From Takakia lepidozioides (Eukaryota; Plantae; Bryophyta), in contig CM060732.1 of assembly GCA_030704615.1 (NCBI GenBank), positions 18,662,001-18,726,000 of the forward strand: a stretch of 64,000 nucleotides of DNA, read 5' to 3'. Shown here piece by piece: positions 39,011 through 52,974 of this stretch. The notes under the pieces were generated by a model that ran no database searches, was not told where the DNA came from, and saw only the letters and a list, made by a program, of their open reading frames with translations. Position 1 is the stretch's first letter, and every line of letters starts with the position of its first letter. Made by a program: the position numbers and the translations under genes.

Positions 39011-39472
39011 CGTCACCTGTCCACAGAGCAGGCAAGCGCGACATACAAAACATGCGGGAGCTTACGAATTCCCACAAAAGTAATGTTCACTCACTATCGC
39101 AATCAAGCTCTCTCCCGCACTAAATCATCATCTACAACTCAAAGCTCGCCTATCTCTTATCTGCTCTCTGCCTGTGCACCAATTCCTTCGATCATTGTCC
39201 AGATTTCATGGTGCTACTTTTTAGGTCTGTCTGCCATTCATACGAAGAAGAAGAGCAGCAGCTCCGAGTACTTAGTGCCGACGCCATCCTTCCGAGCTTG
39301 TCATACCTGATTTTACTTTGGTAAGTTTTTGTTTGAAGGGCTACTACCAAATGATCGGCATGTCAAATCCCCACCCCCCCTCTCAAGAGTGACCCAGATT
39401 ACCGGGGTTACATGAAAGGGGGTGACATGCAATAGAGTCGCCTGGAAGGGAGTGTCACTCCAATCGGTGTAA

Positions 39473-39827
39473 GGGCCGCTTTACACTGGGGCCCAAGACC
39501 AAGTGAGAATGGAGCGTTCCCATTGGCGGAGGCCTGAAAATTGGGCCCAATGGCTTTACACTAATGGCTTTACACTACGGCCCGGGCCCAAGAAAATGGA
39601 AGTGGGTCATTTGCCTACATGGCACAAGTTTTGGCGCCAACTTCTTGGGCCAGCCCAAGAAAAAGGAACCCTCCTCGAGTGGAGACCCAACTCTGGGGTC
39701 TGTGGCCCAAGGAGTTTGGTATTAAAATAGAATTTTTTTATTGATCATGACCGTTGAAGCTGGCCCAAGACCAGCCTTTCTATGGGCCCAGGATTTCTTG
39801 GGCTTGGGCCGTAGTGTAAAGCGGCCC
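39473..39827. mobile_element. PIF/Harbinger (Tourist-like) MITE, 355 bp
   Basis: Perfect 15-bp TIRs GGGCCGCTTTACACT / AGTGTAAAGCGGCCC, flanked on both sides by TAA (39470-39472 and 39828-39830). Internal GGCCCAAG repeats. Confidence 0.85.
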
Positions 39828-40079
39828 TAACTCCCACTTTGTGTCATGAAATTTGACCCAAGTATAAAAAGTACTAGGTAGTTACTAGTTACAGTGGGAT
39901 GACATAGAACACGGTTGACACAAACCATGCTGACTGGGATGACACAAACTACGCTGACTGGGATGACACAAACTATAATTAATCTAGATGAAGATGACTA
40001 TAAATGCTAGAAACATAGGGAGTAGGCCAAAGGTCTCAGGTTGCGAAAACATGTGCAACCCACTGTATTGTCTACGTAA

Positions 40080-41520
40080 TTTTTGGATATACGAGGTTCA
40101 TCCTTTGAACCATTTTTGAATGACCTCATACTTGTTCGGTACCTGTTCGACGACATGTACAACGTACTGGCAAAGTTTCAAAACAATAAAAAATTGCTGA
40201 ATGAAGAAACCATTGGTTCACCCATTGCAATATTTTAAATCAAACTCATACTTGTCCGGTACCTTTAAGAGGCATGTACAATACAATGGCAAAGTTTGAA
40301 AGCAATCAGAAATCGGCACATCAAGTAACCATTGTGAACCATTTTTGATTGATCTCATACTTATCCGGTCCATGTAAGAGGGCATGTAGAACATATTGGC
40401 AAAGTTTCAAATCATTTAAAATTTATTTGATCAAGGAACCTTTGGTTCAACCTTTTCACCATTAACGATTAATCACGAATAAATGAAATAAATCATTTGC
40501 CTCCCCATCGACGCGCTCACCCCTCAAGCCATTCCAGAGCTTAATTGAATTTAAATTAATTTTAAGCCAATAAATAGGTTTGCACTGCCTTTCATTGGGG
40601 GTTTCTGGCACGTATCGATTTTGTTTTTGGCTCAATTTTGTTCTGCGGCTTCAAGCATCCCACTGCTACTCCCCCGCCAATATTTGGACCAATAAAAAAT
40701 GCCCAAAAAAAAAAGTGTTTTCTTCACTCACTATTGCAGAACTCTTTGAAAAATGCATGAAGTAAAACACAAATCAAGTTTGGAGTGCAAAACAGAGGAG
40801 AAACTGTGGTTTTGGGTCCAAATGAATTTTGATCGCTCCCAAATTTGGCATGCACGTTGCATATGGAGTCATTACACGCCCCATTCAAAAACAGAATGAA
40901 AAAAAAAACATGAGCACGCGAAACGCAGTCCAACAGGTCCCAAAGTAATAGCAGATCCAACGGAATACATTCAACGGGTGAATGGATGGTTGCCCATCCA
41001 AATCATTTTTGTTTGCTTCCAAACTTTGCCAGTATGTTCGAGACACCCTCTCACAGGTCTCGGACTAATATGAGATCAATCAAAATTCATTCGATGGATC
41101 AACGGATGGTTGGCCATCGAAATGATTTTGGTTCGCTTTGAGACTTGGCTAGTATGTTCAATGTACCATGTAAGAGGCCCCAGAATAATATGAGATCAAT
41201 CGAATTTCGTTCAATGGGCCAATGGATGGTTGCCCATCCAAATGATTTTTGTTCGCTTTGAGACTTGGCCAGTGTGTTCAATGTATTCTCTGATAGGTCC
41301 CAGTGTAATATGAGATCAATCGAAATTCGTTCGATAGGCCAATGAGGCGTTCAGTTGTCATCTGGTTTTTGTTCATTGCGAAAAAGAAATCCTGCAACAT
41401 TCAACAGAAACATGAGCGAAAACAAATGCCCATCCAAATGATTTTTGTTCATTTTGAGACTTGGCCAGTGTGGTCAATGTACCCTCTGATAGGTCCCAGT
41501 GTAATATAAGATCAATCGTT
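40080..41520. repeat. Two oppositely oriented arrays of ~120-bp repeats (40080-40460 and 40950-41520)
   Basis: Left units CTCATACTTGTCCGG..CATGTACAA..TGGCAAAGTTTCAAA; right units TTTGAGACTTGGCCAGT..AATGTAC..ATATGAGATCAAT are their approximate reverse complement. Confidence 0.65.
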
Positions 41521-41609
41521 AACGATTGATTATGAATCATTCAACAGGGGAACTGTTGGTTCACATCAATCCAAAATCATTTGGCAGGGGAATGATTGGT
41601 TCACCCATA

Positions 41610-41910
41610 GCCAATTTCAGGGGCTGGACTTGCAATTTGAGGGGCTGAAATTGCCATTTCAGGGGCTGGATAAGCAATTGCCATTTCACAGGCTACAACT
41701 GCAATTTGAGGGGCTGGAATTGCCATTTGAGGGGCTAGAATTGCAGTTTGAGGGGTTGGAATTAAATTCCAGGGGCTTGAATTGCAATTTGAGAGGTTGG
41801 AATTGACAATTTCAAGGGCTCAAATTACAATTTGAGGGGCGGCCGGAGTTGGCCATTTTAGGGACTGACATTACCAATTTTAAGGCCCTGAATTGCATTT
41901 TGAATTGTAA
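41610..41910. repeat. ~21-bp minisatellite (TTGCAATTTGAGGGGCTGGAA)
   Basis: About a dozen degenerate tandem units. Confidence 0.8.
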
Positions 41911-43712
41911 TTCAAGGGTTAGAATGGGCCATTAGGGTATATTTTTATGATATACCCTTATCCTTATATTTACCCTGCATCAAGACGCTCAATATACCCT
42001 ACTTTTCTGAAGGGTATATGTTAAAATGAAGGGTATATCTAATCAGGGTATATAAGTGCTTTTATGTGCCTTCATAGCCTTTATATGCTAGGTCTTTTCG
42101 CTTTTTGTTGTGTTGTTAGGGAGCCTTGAGCTATAAGAAAGCTCCAATCACAGCTAAAACAAATGCTACATGTATATCATTCCTAAAATGTCATATAACC
42201 CAAACAATACCTCTTCAGATCTCGCATATATATATATATATATATAAGAAAACATGACAGCCCACAATTTAGGGCCTCCAGGAGGGGAAAGATTAACCCC
42301 CTTTCATTTATGGGCCATGAGACCTACAAGACAGTCAACGCCTAGACATACCGTCATGAATAATCCCACACACGGGCAGGGCAACGGGTTGGAACCCCGA
42401 ATCACCATAGCGACACACATTGTGCACTTACCAGCTCATTGGCTACAAGCCCATGTGTTTTTTTTTTTTTTTTTGGAAAGGGGAGGTAGCCCTTGAGAAC
42501 TTTATTAAAAATTATTGAAGGGAAAAAATTAAACCCTTAGATGCCCGTAGGCCGCTTTTTTTTTAATCTCAAACCTCCGAGGAGTCCTCCTTCTTGCATT
42601 GGAAGTTAACACCAAAATACTATGCAATATCTTATCAATTTTCTCTTTTATCATAGATTGTATTTTTTGTGTTTTGTACATATTGAAGAACAAAAAAAAA
42701 TGAAAAAAAAACATCATATATTCCTTAAAACATTAAATTATATATTAATTGAAATAACTATCCATACCCGGAAACTATTCATACCCTCAGGGTATATTTT
42801 GGCATTATATAGAAATATGAAAAGTTAATTTACCGGGTAAATAATTTTTTGAGATTTCAATTTAACCATACCCGGAGGAGGGTAAATGATTTGACAAAAA
42901 TAATTTACTTATACCCTAAGGGTATATTGAAATCAATATACCCGCTCAACACTGGTCTTTGGAGAACGAAGACACGGAAATAAATTGGAGACACAAACGT
43001 AATGGCTCTAGGAAAGCAAAAGCAAAGGCACAGCTTACTTATGAGGGTCGTAAGAGGAAACGAGGCACTATGTAAGGATGTTTTCTGGCAGACTAGGTCC
43101 TGCTCTCCTTCTTCTTGCTAGACAGGTTCATCTCTGTAGAGTGGACAATTCAGCGCTATCCTTTCTCCTCACTTCTCCCTGTTTTTGACTATGTAAGGAA
43201 TTAATTCCTACTTAGTCTAGATTCATCTTCCTTGATTTCTGTAATGTTGGTTCTGAGTGGTACCTTTGTAATCTGCCTTATGGCTCTCTCTAAGGTTATT
43301 TTTTCCTTACCTCTTCTTCCATAAATTTGTCAGGGCTATAATCCCCCTGTTTCATAAATAAATAAATAAAATTAATTAATTAGATTCAACCAAATTTCAT
43401 TGAATTAAAACATCCTGGCGGGTGAGTGTGGTAGAACCCGTCAAAACGAAGGGCGGTGAGAGGGTTAGTCGTCGGCCGTACATCCCCCCGTCACCCTCGC
43501 GCGCTCTCTCTCTCTCTCTCTCTCTCCCCCCGCCTGCGGTGTACAAGATATGCTCTCCCTCGCTGCTCGCATCTTTTGATGTCGACCTAGGGCCATGTTG
43601 CTCTCCCTCTTCTGTTTCTGGGAAAGGTAGTGGTTCATCGACACTAATAAAGGCTGCAAGGTGGTCTTTGCTTCTCTTCTTCATCGTCTTGTTGTTTGTT
43701 GCAACCCTAGAA

Positions 43713-46700
43713 ATGGATACGCTTGACTCAGACATCGCTAAGGTGCAGGAGGAGCGGCGCAAGAAGGAGGCGGAAATAGTTACTTTGACGTCGTTGAGGT
43801 TTGACAAGGATTTGTATGGGGCAGACAATAGGTTTGAGGGATATGAGCTGTCGATCCCAGTGAATGAGGATGATGAGGATCAGAGGGATCCTACAGAGAG
43901 GGAGTTTGCAAGAAAGCTGGAATCGTACACTGCTCCGAAGTCTGTTCTGTCTGATTTACCGAGAGGGGAGATTAGCGATGACCAGCTGGGGTTTAAGAAG
44001 CCGCAGCGGATCATTGACAGGGAAGACGACTACCGCAAGAGGAGGCTCACGAGGATTATTTCACCTGACAGGAATGACGCCTTTGCCATGGGTGATAAGA
44101 CTCCCGATGCGTCGGTGCGGACGTATGCAGATGTCATGCGGGAGGAAACCCTGAAGCGTGACAAGGAGGAGACCTTAAGGCTGATTTCTAAGAAGAAGGA
44201 GGAAGAAGCTGAAAGGAAAGCAAAGGAGGAGTCTAGTGCCCCAACCAAAGCACAGGCAGCGGCTGCAGCTGCCGCTGCCGCACAGAGTGCAGGTTCCAAG
44301 AGAAGAAATAGGTGGGATTCCACTGAGCAAGAAGAGGCAAAGAAGTTGAAGAGTGGATCAGAGTGGGATGGACCTGATGCGACTCCAGGCCCTAGTAGGT
44401 GGGATGCTACTCCCACTCCAGGACGTGCTAATGTGGATGCCACTCCCACAGCTGCACGGCGGAATCGGTGGGATGAAACCCCCACCCCTGGGCGTGCATC
44501 GGATGCTGATGCAACCCCTGCCGGAGGGGCTACCCCAGGGGCCACTCCTGCAGGGATGACTTGGGACGCAACACCGAAGCTTGCTGGACTAGCAACTCCG
44601 ACACCAAAGAAGCAGAGGTCTCGATGGGATGAAACTCCCGCCACAATGGGAAGCGCAACTCCGTTGCCAGGGGCTACCCCTTCCTTCACCCCTGGTGTGA
44701 CTCCAATGGGTGGGATGGAGCTTGCCACTCCTACCCCTGGCCAGATTGCGTTACGGGGGCCCATGACGCCAGAGCAGTACAACATGCTGCGCTGGGAGAA
44801 AGACATTGAGGAGAGGAATCGCCCTCTTTCTGATGAAGAATTGGAGGCAATGTTCCCTATGGATGGCTATAAAACCCTGGATCCCCCTGCGTCTTACGTG
44901 CCAATTAGGACCCCCGCTCGAAAGCTTCTCGCAACTCCGACGCCCCTGGGTGGGACTCCACTGTACACCATACCAGAGGAGGATCGGTTACAACAGTACG
45001 ATGTTCCAAAAGAAGCAGCGGGAGGGCTGCCGTTCATGAAGCCTGAGGACTACCAATATTTTGGAGCTCTCTTGAGTGAGAAGGAAGAAGAGGAAATGAC
45101 CGCAGAAGAGAGTAAGGAACGGAAAATAATGAAGCTACTTCTCAAAGTTAAGAATGGCACTCCTCCACAGAGGAAAACCGCACTCCGGCAGCTGACAGAC
45201 AAAGCCCGAGAATTTGGTGCTGGACCACTCTTCAACCAAATTTTGCCATTGCTCATGTCTCCAACACTTGAAGACCAGGAGCGGCATCTTCTGGTGAAGG
45301 TAATTGACAGGGTTCTCTACAAGCTGGATGAGCTGGTGAGGCCATTCGTTCACAAGATTCTTGTGGTGATTGAGCCACTTTTGATTGATGAAGATTACTA
45401 TGCACGTGTGGAGGGCCGAGAGATCATATCTAATTTGAGTAAGGCTGCTGGATTGGCAACAATGATTGCTGCAATGAGGCCCGATATTGATAACATCGAT
45501 GAGTATGTGCGGAACACGACCGCAAGGGCTTTTAGTGTTGTGGCTTCGGCCTTGGGCATTCCTGCACTACTACCCTTTCTGAAAGCTGTCTGTCAGAGCA
45601 AGAAGTCATGGCAGGCACGGCATACAGGTATCAAGATTGTGCAGCAAATTGCCATTTTGATGGGGTGTGCCGTGCTCCCTCATTTGAAGTCCCTCGTGGA
45701 AATCATTGAGCATGGTCTGAATGATGAGAATCAGAAGGTTAGAACCATCACTGCTCTGTCCCTGGCAGCTCTTGCAGAGGCAGCAGCACCCTATGGTATC
45801 GAGAGCTTTGACTCTGTCTTGAAGCCTCTCTGGAAAGGAATCAGATCACACAGGGGCAAAGTGTTGGCAGCTTTTTTGAAGGCAATTGGGTTCATCATTC
45901 CCCTCATGGATGCAATGTATGCAAGCTATTACACCAAGGAAGTGATGGTTATCCTGATAAGAGAATTTCAATCCCCAGACGAGGAGATGAAGAAAATTGT
46001 CTTGAAGGTAGTCAAGCAGTGTGTGAGCACAGAGGGGGTGGAGGCCAACTACATCAGGTCAGAGATCCTGCCAGAATTCTTTCGCAATTTTTGGGTGCGG
46101 CGAATGGCTCTGGATCGCAGGAACTACCGGCAACTGGTTGACACCACGGTTGAGATTGCCAACAAAGTTGGGGTGGCTGACATAGTGGGACGAGTTGTAG
46201 AAGATTTGAAGGATGAAAGTGAACCCTACAGGCGCATGGTGATGGAGACGATTGAGAAAGTAGTTGCCAACTTGGGGGCTTCAGATATTGATGCTCGACT
46301 GGAGGAACTCCTCATTGATGGCATTCTATATGCATTTCAGGAGCAGACAAGTGATGATGCAAATGTGATGCTCAATGGGTTCGGTACAGTGGTGAATGCA
46401 CTAGGTCAGAGAGTGAAGCCATATCTCCCTCAGATCTGTGGAACTATCAAGTGGCGCTTGAACAATAAGAGTGCCAAGGTGCGACAGCAAGCTGCTGACC
46501 TTATCTCCCGCATTGCAGTTGTGATGAAGCAGTGCCATGAGGAGCAGCTGATGGGGCATTTGGGGGTTGTTCTGTATGAGTATTTGGGAGAGGAGTACCC
46601 TGAAGTCCTTGGCTCAATTCTCGGGGCACTGAAGGCGATTGTGAATGTTATTGGTATGACAAAGATGACACCTCCCATCAAGGACTTGCTACCTCGTCTG

Positions 46701-47555
46701 ACACCCATTCTGAAGAACAGACATGAGAAGGTGCAAGAGAACTGCATCGATCTGGTGGGTCGGATTGCCGACAGGGGAGCTGAGTTCGTTCCAGCACGTG
46801 AGTGGATGAGGATATGTTTTGAGCTTCTGGAGATGCTGAAGGCCCACAAGAAAGGCATTCGGCGGGCAACCGTCAACACGTTTGGTTATATTGCGAAAGC
46901 AATTGGGCCCCAGGATGTATTGGCCACTCTTTTGAACAACCTTAAGGTGCAGGAACGGCAGAATCGAGTGTGCACCACCGTAGCCATAGCGATTGTGGCT
47001 GAGACATGCTCTCCCTTCACAGTGCTTCCAGCCCTTATGAATGAGTACCGTGTGCCGGAACTCAATGTGCAAAATGGTGTTTTGAAGTCTCTTTCTTTCT
47101 TGTTTGAGTACATTGGAGAGATGGGGAAGGATTATATCTATGCAGTCACCCCACTTCTGGAAGATGCATTGATGGATCGTGATCTGGTTCACAGACAGAC
47201 TGCTGCCTCAGCTGTGAAGCATATGGCACTGGGTGTTGCAGGACTTGGGTGTGAAGATGCTCTGGTTCACTTACTGAATTTTGTATGGCCCAACATTTTT
47301 GAGACATCGCCACATGTTATCAATGCTGTCATGGAGGCAATAGAGGGCATGCGGGTGGCACTGGGCCCTGCAATTCTCTTGAGTTACTGCTTGCAGGGTC
47401 TATTCCACCCTGCAAGGAAAGTGCGCGAAGTCTACTGGAAGATCTACAACTCACTCTACATTGGCTCACAAGATGGCCTTGTAGCTGCATATCCCGTGTT
47501 AGAGGATGATGGGGCAAATTGCTACAGCCGACCAGAGCTTACTATGTTTATTTGA
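43713..47555 (+). CDS. SF3B1: Splicing factor 3B subunit 1 (SF3b155), 1280 aa, CDS without introns
   Basis: [18 protein letters not shown] start; [16 protein letters not shown] and TP repeats; [11 protein letters not shown]; [24 protein letters not shown]; HEAT repeats; C-terminal [19 protein letters not shown]. The ORF-track extension from 43422 (non-ATG start, CT microsatellite) is taken as 5' UTR. Confidence 0.97.
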   Translation: MDTLDSDIAKVQEERRKKEAEIVTLTSLRFDKDLYGADNRFEGYELSIPVNEDDEDQRDPTEREFARKLESYTAPKSVLSDLPRGEISDDQLGFKKPQRIIDREDDYRKRRLTRIISPDRNDAFAMGDKTPDASVRTYADVMREETLKRDKEETLRLISKKKEEEAERKAKEESSAPTKAQAAAAAAAAAQSAGSKRRNRWDSTEQEEAKKLKSGSEWDGPDATPGPSRWDATPTPGRANVDATPTAARRNRWDETPTPGRASDADATPAGGATPGATPAGMTWDATPKLAGLATPTPKKQRSRWDETPATMGSATPLPGATPSFTPGVTPMGGMELATPTPGQIALRGPMTPEQYNMLRWEKDIEERNRPLSDEELEAMFPMDGYKTLDPPASYVPIRTPARKLLATPTPLGGTPLYTIPEEDRLQQYDVPKEAAGGLPFMKPEDYQYFGALLSEKEEEEMTAEESKERKIMKLLLKVKNGTPPQRKTALRQLTDKAREFGAGPLFNQILPLLMSPTLEDQERHLLVKVIDRVLYKLDELVRPFVHKILVVIEPLLIDEDYYARVEGREIISNLSKAAGLATMIAAMRPDIDNIDEYVRNTTARAFSVVASALGIPALLPFLKAVCQSKKSWQARHTGIKIVQQIAILMGCAVLPHLKSLVEIIEHGLNDENQKVRTITALSLAALAEAAAPYGIESFDSVLKPLWKGIRSHRGKVLAAFLKAIGFIIPLMDAMYASYYTKEVMVILIREFQSPDEEMKKIVLKVVKQCVSTEGVEANYIRSEILPEFFRNFWVRRMALDRRNYRQLVDTTVEIANKVGVADIVGRVVEDLKDESEPYRRMVMETIEKVVANLGASDIDARLEELLIDGILYAFQEQTSDDANVMLNGFGTVVNALGQRVKPYLPQICGTIKWRLNNKSAKVRQQAADLISRIAVVMKQCHEEQLMGHLGVVLYEYLGEEYPEVLGSILGALKAIVNVIGMTKMTPPIKDLLPRLTPILKNRHEKVQENCIDLVGRIADRGAEFVPAREWMRICFELLEMLKAHKKGIRRATVNTFGYIAKAIGPQDVLATLLNNLKVQERQNRVCTTVAIAIVAETCSPFTVLPALMNEYRVPELNVQNGVLKSLSFLFEYIGEMGKDYIYAVTPLLEDALMDRDLVHRQTAASAVKHMALGVAGLGCEDALVHLLNFVWPNIFETSPHVINAVMEAIEGMRVALGPAILLSYCLQGLFHPARKVREVYWKIYNSLYIGSQDGLVAAYPVLEDDGANCYSRPELTMFI

Positions 47556-50500
47556 TTTCCTTAGTTGAAAGATATGCTTGTAAAGTGAATCTGATCCATG
47601 AAGTCTAGAGCTACTACAGACAAGACTGGCAGTAAGGCAGTACATGAGTTTTATGTAGCTAGTCAAGCGCCGATGTTAACAATGCCAATTGAGCTCTTAC
47701 TTTCAGCGATAATGTAATGGAATCATTGTATTACTGTTGAACAACTGTGGTGCAGCCAGTCTCATGGATGAGTGTTGGTCTCTTGGTGGTGACGGGTGGG
47801 GGCCTGATTGCATACTGGGACCGTGAAATGAGGCGCCACCTTAAAGGTAGGCATCTGAGTGCATGGCTGTGGTACTGAAATGAGTCATTTTCTTAAACTC
47901 TCATTGAGTAGGATATGCTTGCTACATGTACCTTTGAAGACAATCCAGGAAAGGACAGAGATGGGGAAGGGATGAGAGGGAGGTATCCTTATGTCCCCTG
48001 CCACTGTTCCCTCTTTCTTCTCCGTCCAATCTGGCCTGGGGTCTATGGTGGCTAAGGAAGCATACAGTGACAGTTTGCATGCCAAGATTTCAGCATGCCC
48101 ATGTGTTGCAAGGAACCTGCACAGCCACTTTGTAGGTTCTCAGACTTGAACAGAGGCATTCCCTTCACTAGCCGTGTGTCCATATGCAGTAATTATCTCA
48201 TATGCACCAGCTGAGGCCTAGCATGGCCGAGGAGTTGGGAAGGCTGCAATTGGGTGTCCCTTTAAATTGGTGAACCAAGATGGAAAAATGGTGACTGACT
48301 GCGATTTTGTTGGCAACTGGAATCTTATCTCCTTCAGGTTCACCTACTGTCCAGATATCTGCCAGACGAGCTTACAGAAATGGGCAGAGGCCATTGACAA
48401 GATAGGTTGATCCTCTTTCATGTTACCTGCTCTAATGTAAACGAGGAGACTTTGTCTTCATTGTCCTTCTACTGATTACAGCTAGTGTCTATCTGAATGA
48501 AGAGAAACTTTCAGAAGGGAAGTCCAGGGAGACACTTGGGCAGTTGGTTCTGTTTGCTTATCAGTTGGCTTCCATCAGCTACCAGATGTGCATCGCTGGT
48601 CACTGGTAGAAGAGAGAAGTTTGGTAATAGTGGGACTTCGGTGGAATCCAGAGGAGGCAGGATTGCAGATTATGCCGGTCTTCATTTCCGTTGATCCTGA
48701 GTGACACTGGAACAGATTCAGGATTATTTGAAAGGTTATGCTGTTTCCTGAACCACTCAAACCCACCCACTCCCTCTCCCTCTTTTGTTTGTATTCTACG
48801 GTTTACTTGCGCCTCATCCCCCAGACATACTAACTTGATTTCTTTCTCTCTCTGTCTACTTCTCTTGTCTTCACAAGTGACTCCATCTTGCAGCAACTTT
48901 TGCTGGATTTCTAGTGCTTTTGCTTGTTATGCACTTTTGTTCAAGCAGTCTTGGGGCTTTTAGGGGAGTTATGAAGTTCTTCCTTTCTTTCCATTTCTCC
49001 CTGTATTTTTTCAAACTTACTGAAAAAGGGAAGAGCTCTGATCGCATTCTGTCCCCCCCCCCTCCCCCCATGTACATGGAGTCCTATCGTTCGTTCTCTC
49101 TCGAACACACTGACAGAATGGCTGGTGCAGTCAAGATGACTATTCTATAGATTGGTTGATCGTTTATAGAGGGGTGGACACTGTAGTCCTCTTCTGTAAT
49201 TAGTCCCAGTTATTGCTCTTTTCTATTTTCACTAAGCAGAAATCAGGTGTGTAACAGTTGTGGCCATACTGTGGGGAATAGATTTGAGCCCAGTGTTGAT
49301 GACTTAGTGGATCTGGTTGTCTTTACGTTAAGTTGAGGTGGTTATCAACAGAGTTTAATTTAGTGTCTTGGATTTAGGATTTGGATGTTTGCCAATTGGT
49401 GCCAAAAGAGGGCAAGAATTTAGGTTGTAGTTCTAACTTAATCTATCAGAGTCATGGGCTGTTGTCATAATCAGATTTGACATAGCGACTATGTTACTGA
49501 CCCTCTGTAGGTGGTTGGATATGTGCAGAGTCTCATTGAAGATTGGTGAGGCTGACGGGCAACATGCAACATGGATGATATATGGCAAGTGGCGCCCAAA
49601 GTACAGGGTGTACTACATGAAGCTGAGGATGACCTTGTTGATCACTCCATCATCATGTATGTAGACTGACCATGTTGTACTCCGTAGGTGTGTCTTGGTA
49701 ATGAGCTGTATTGATGACTTCAGGACAAGACCATGTGGTCCTTTTGAGACCATGGCTCTGAGGTTGCCATCCCAGAATTGAGGGGACAATGAAGCTTTAC
49801 ATGTAGTGTCCAAGGGACAGCCAACATCAATTTCACCTGTTAGGCCTTCAACTTGCAATTTGTGGCAACTGATCCCCTAAAATTAACTGATCGCGCCATG
49901 CACAATTCTGACTTGAGAGTTCCTCATCAGGTATTAGGCAAACCTTCAGGCCATGTGGGGATCACACCACAATTGAGAATAAGGGTGTAGAATTTTCACC
50001 TCAGCATCATGTGCACCACCAATGACATAGGCATCATGCATGGTACCTTCCATCAATTCTAGTCGCAAGTGACGTCAGAAGATGCTTGTAGTATGGTTTA
50101 TTTACTACACGTGGTGTGACTCCACCTAATCACATTAGGCAAATGCCAGGATCATGTGCACTGAAGCATTTGTGTTTGTTGCATTTTTCTGCGAATATTT
50201 GTGCAGCTATGGCTGGTAACCCAATTCTTTCCTGGTAACTACAGTGAATAGGAGAGTCTGCCATCTCAGGAGCCAAGTGGCAGTATCATGTATTCGGTTT
50301 TTGTATTGTCACCTGCAGGTGCTTGATGGACCCAGACATGGACTGCTTAAAGTTGGTTGGGAAGAACTACAATGCAGATTCACTTGCTGACGGCTTGAAG
50401 ACATAAAGACTATCAATGAATGGTACTGGTACTTAAGATTTACCTGAAAACCATGTCTCTTGGAAACCTTTCTCTAATTACTCAGTTAAATAGGGCACTG

Positions 50501-52974
50501 AGAGTGCCATCCGGGGATGGTGGGTTCAAATCCTGCTAAGTATTTGTGTGTTCTCCCCTACGCTTGGGCGGTGGCCCTTGAGCCTTGTGCTTGCCGCATC
50601 ATGGCGGGTTACTTCAAAGGAGGTTATATTTTCCTGTCAATTAAGGGGGGTCGATTTTGTGCGTAGTCGGTGGTGCTTGTTTCTTTTCTTTTTTATAGAC
50701 ATATTCAAGACCTGTTTGCGTATTAACCCTTAACTTCCTACGCGACCCCAATCGAGTCTCGACTTGTAAGAAAATGGGGATATCTTGCTGAGATGTTATT
50801 GAAATTAAACGATTCCTGAAGCAATAATTTGCTGACAACATAGTCCCCACCCACAAATTGAATTGAAAGTGTTTGGAGTAAGACCTTGCAGAATTTCGCA
50901 AAAATGCTTGGGTTAGGAATCATGTGGTAAGGAGAGGGGCCACGCAGGGTTGACCACCTGCGTGGCAACTTTATATTGCTGCATACACAGCCGTCCTAAA
51001 ACCCTGAGTTAGCCGCCGGTAGGCAAGAACTCGACTGCCTGCTATGACATGAAAGCCACCCGCTTTGGCCTTGCCACGCGGGCCCCCAAGATATTCAGGG
51101 TGGCATAGGGTACTACTTCTAGTGGTTTTTCTTCTTCACCTTCATCGTGTTGCTTGTTGGGCCCAATGTAGGTGCGATGGTTGATTTCTTCTCTTGTTGT
51201 CATGTATTGCAGGTTGCTGTGGGTGTGGGCTGTGTGAGTAGAGGACGATTAAGTTTTCACAATGGAATGTACCCTAAGAAGGGTCTGGCTGCAGCTGCTT
51301 GTGTCTGTAGGCAATGTTGTGTTACTGTTTTGACGTCCTGCCAGTAAAGAGCATCTCCACGGTGAGCACGGCCCGTCAAACGTTATATACCCTGGTTACA
51401 AGGGTGACAGTAGTTTTAGTTTTTAAGGGGAAGGTTTGGTTGGCACTCCATGGTTGGGACGGTAGCAGACCCGACATGTCCGCGAGGCAGGCCCCCCGCC
51501 CAATCACAATCCTGGCACGTATTGCCTTGAACACCCTTCAATGTGCAGCTAAGTGCCGAAGCCCACATCCAAAGCCCACATTCGCACTTCGGTTCCTGCT
51601 GTCTTATGTGCATGACTTTATTCCTACACTACATAGCTGCGATTAAACTTGCTTAGGATTGCTTGTTCTTTCTTTTCATCTTGGCATTGTAGAGAGCTAT
51701 GTCGATGCACGACTTTGGTGCTTCTTAGCATTTTTAGATGGGTTAGGCTCGATTCTGGCCAAAAAAAAAAGTTTGTAGCTCGTATTTGGGTAGTTTTAAC
51801 TTTTGTGATAGGGAAGGCCCCAGCCCGAGGGCGTTCCGCGATGTGAGGGTTGGCTGCCGAGGGCGTTAGCCCGAGGCTAGCAGCCCGAAAATCGCGGAAC
51901 GCCCGCAGGCTGGGGCCTTCCGTTTCGTGAAGCATCGTTCAGATTTTCCCTGCCAGGAGGCATCTTACAAAGTGTAAGATGCCTCCGACCAAGCTGGGAG
52001 GCTCTTATGTGATTCGTAAGATGCGTCTGAAGCTGGAGCCCATTCTTTGCGTGGGGAGGGGCGTCAAATAACAAAGGAAAAATCTGACGGTTTTTTTCTT
52101 AGAGTCTCAGGAATGTTGTTCCATACCTGATAACCCATGTCATCTGAGATTTTCAGTTTTTTTTTTGTATGTTCTCAAGTGGGCTCCTTTGTAGTGACAA
52201 ATTGGGGGGTCAAATTATTCCCTTTTCTTTGGGCAGGCCAAATGTCTCTTCCTAAAATTCTACACAACAAATCAGCATTTCAATTCGTAATTCCTCCATA
52301 TTAAGTCCTAAAAAACAATTGCGACCAATCAGGCAATGGAATTGTACTTTTTAGGTTCCTTGCCCACGCTTGACTTCACATGGCACACCTAGGATATTTT
52401 GAGCCATAGCCCAAAAGTGTACCAGGTTTCGGGGAGGGTAGGTAGCGCGTGAGCACGCTCATTTGAGCACAAGGGCATATTCCCCGAATTTCCACGAAAT
52501 TTCCGTGAAATTTACACAGCGAAACGGAGTTGGTGAAATTAACAATATTGCGAAATTCTAACACCTAAAGAACAAATAGCCCTTTTACTTGATGAACATG
52601 TTACCCTATAAGCGTGGTTTTTTCTCACGATACTAGGCCCTTTCATAACAGGCACGAGAGTGGGTGGTAAGGCCTAACCTTAAATTTACGATCATCGCCC
52701 ATGGATAATTTCGCACGGCGAAACTTTGTACCAACCAGCCTGAGAAGAAATCACACTGTAGCTGAAATGATGAATAGGTCATTTTTAAAGGCCTTACCCA
52801 TGTATTATTTTGCAGAACGAAACTCTCTCTCCTAACATCTAGTATAATTACATATTGGGATATACATTTGCAGTGCGAAACTCTGATCCCTGTAGAGAGG
52901 TTGGGTACCGTGCAGTTAGGATGCTCACAAACATGAAAAAATATGAAAAAAAATTCTTGAGATGCCCAAAGAAA

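Noticed and set aside
43422-43712. 97-aa N-terminal extension of SF3B1
   Set aside because: Non-ATG start and a (CT)n microsatellite; recognisable SF3B1 sequence begins at ATG 43713.
44030-47192. Antisense ORFs within SF3B1
   Set aside because: Shadow ORFs of a long coding sequence with no recognisable domains.
48300-50100. Possible decayed retroelement fragments downstream of SF3B1
   Set aside because: No diagnostic motif could be read with confidence.
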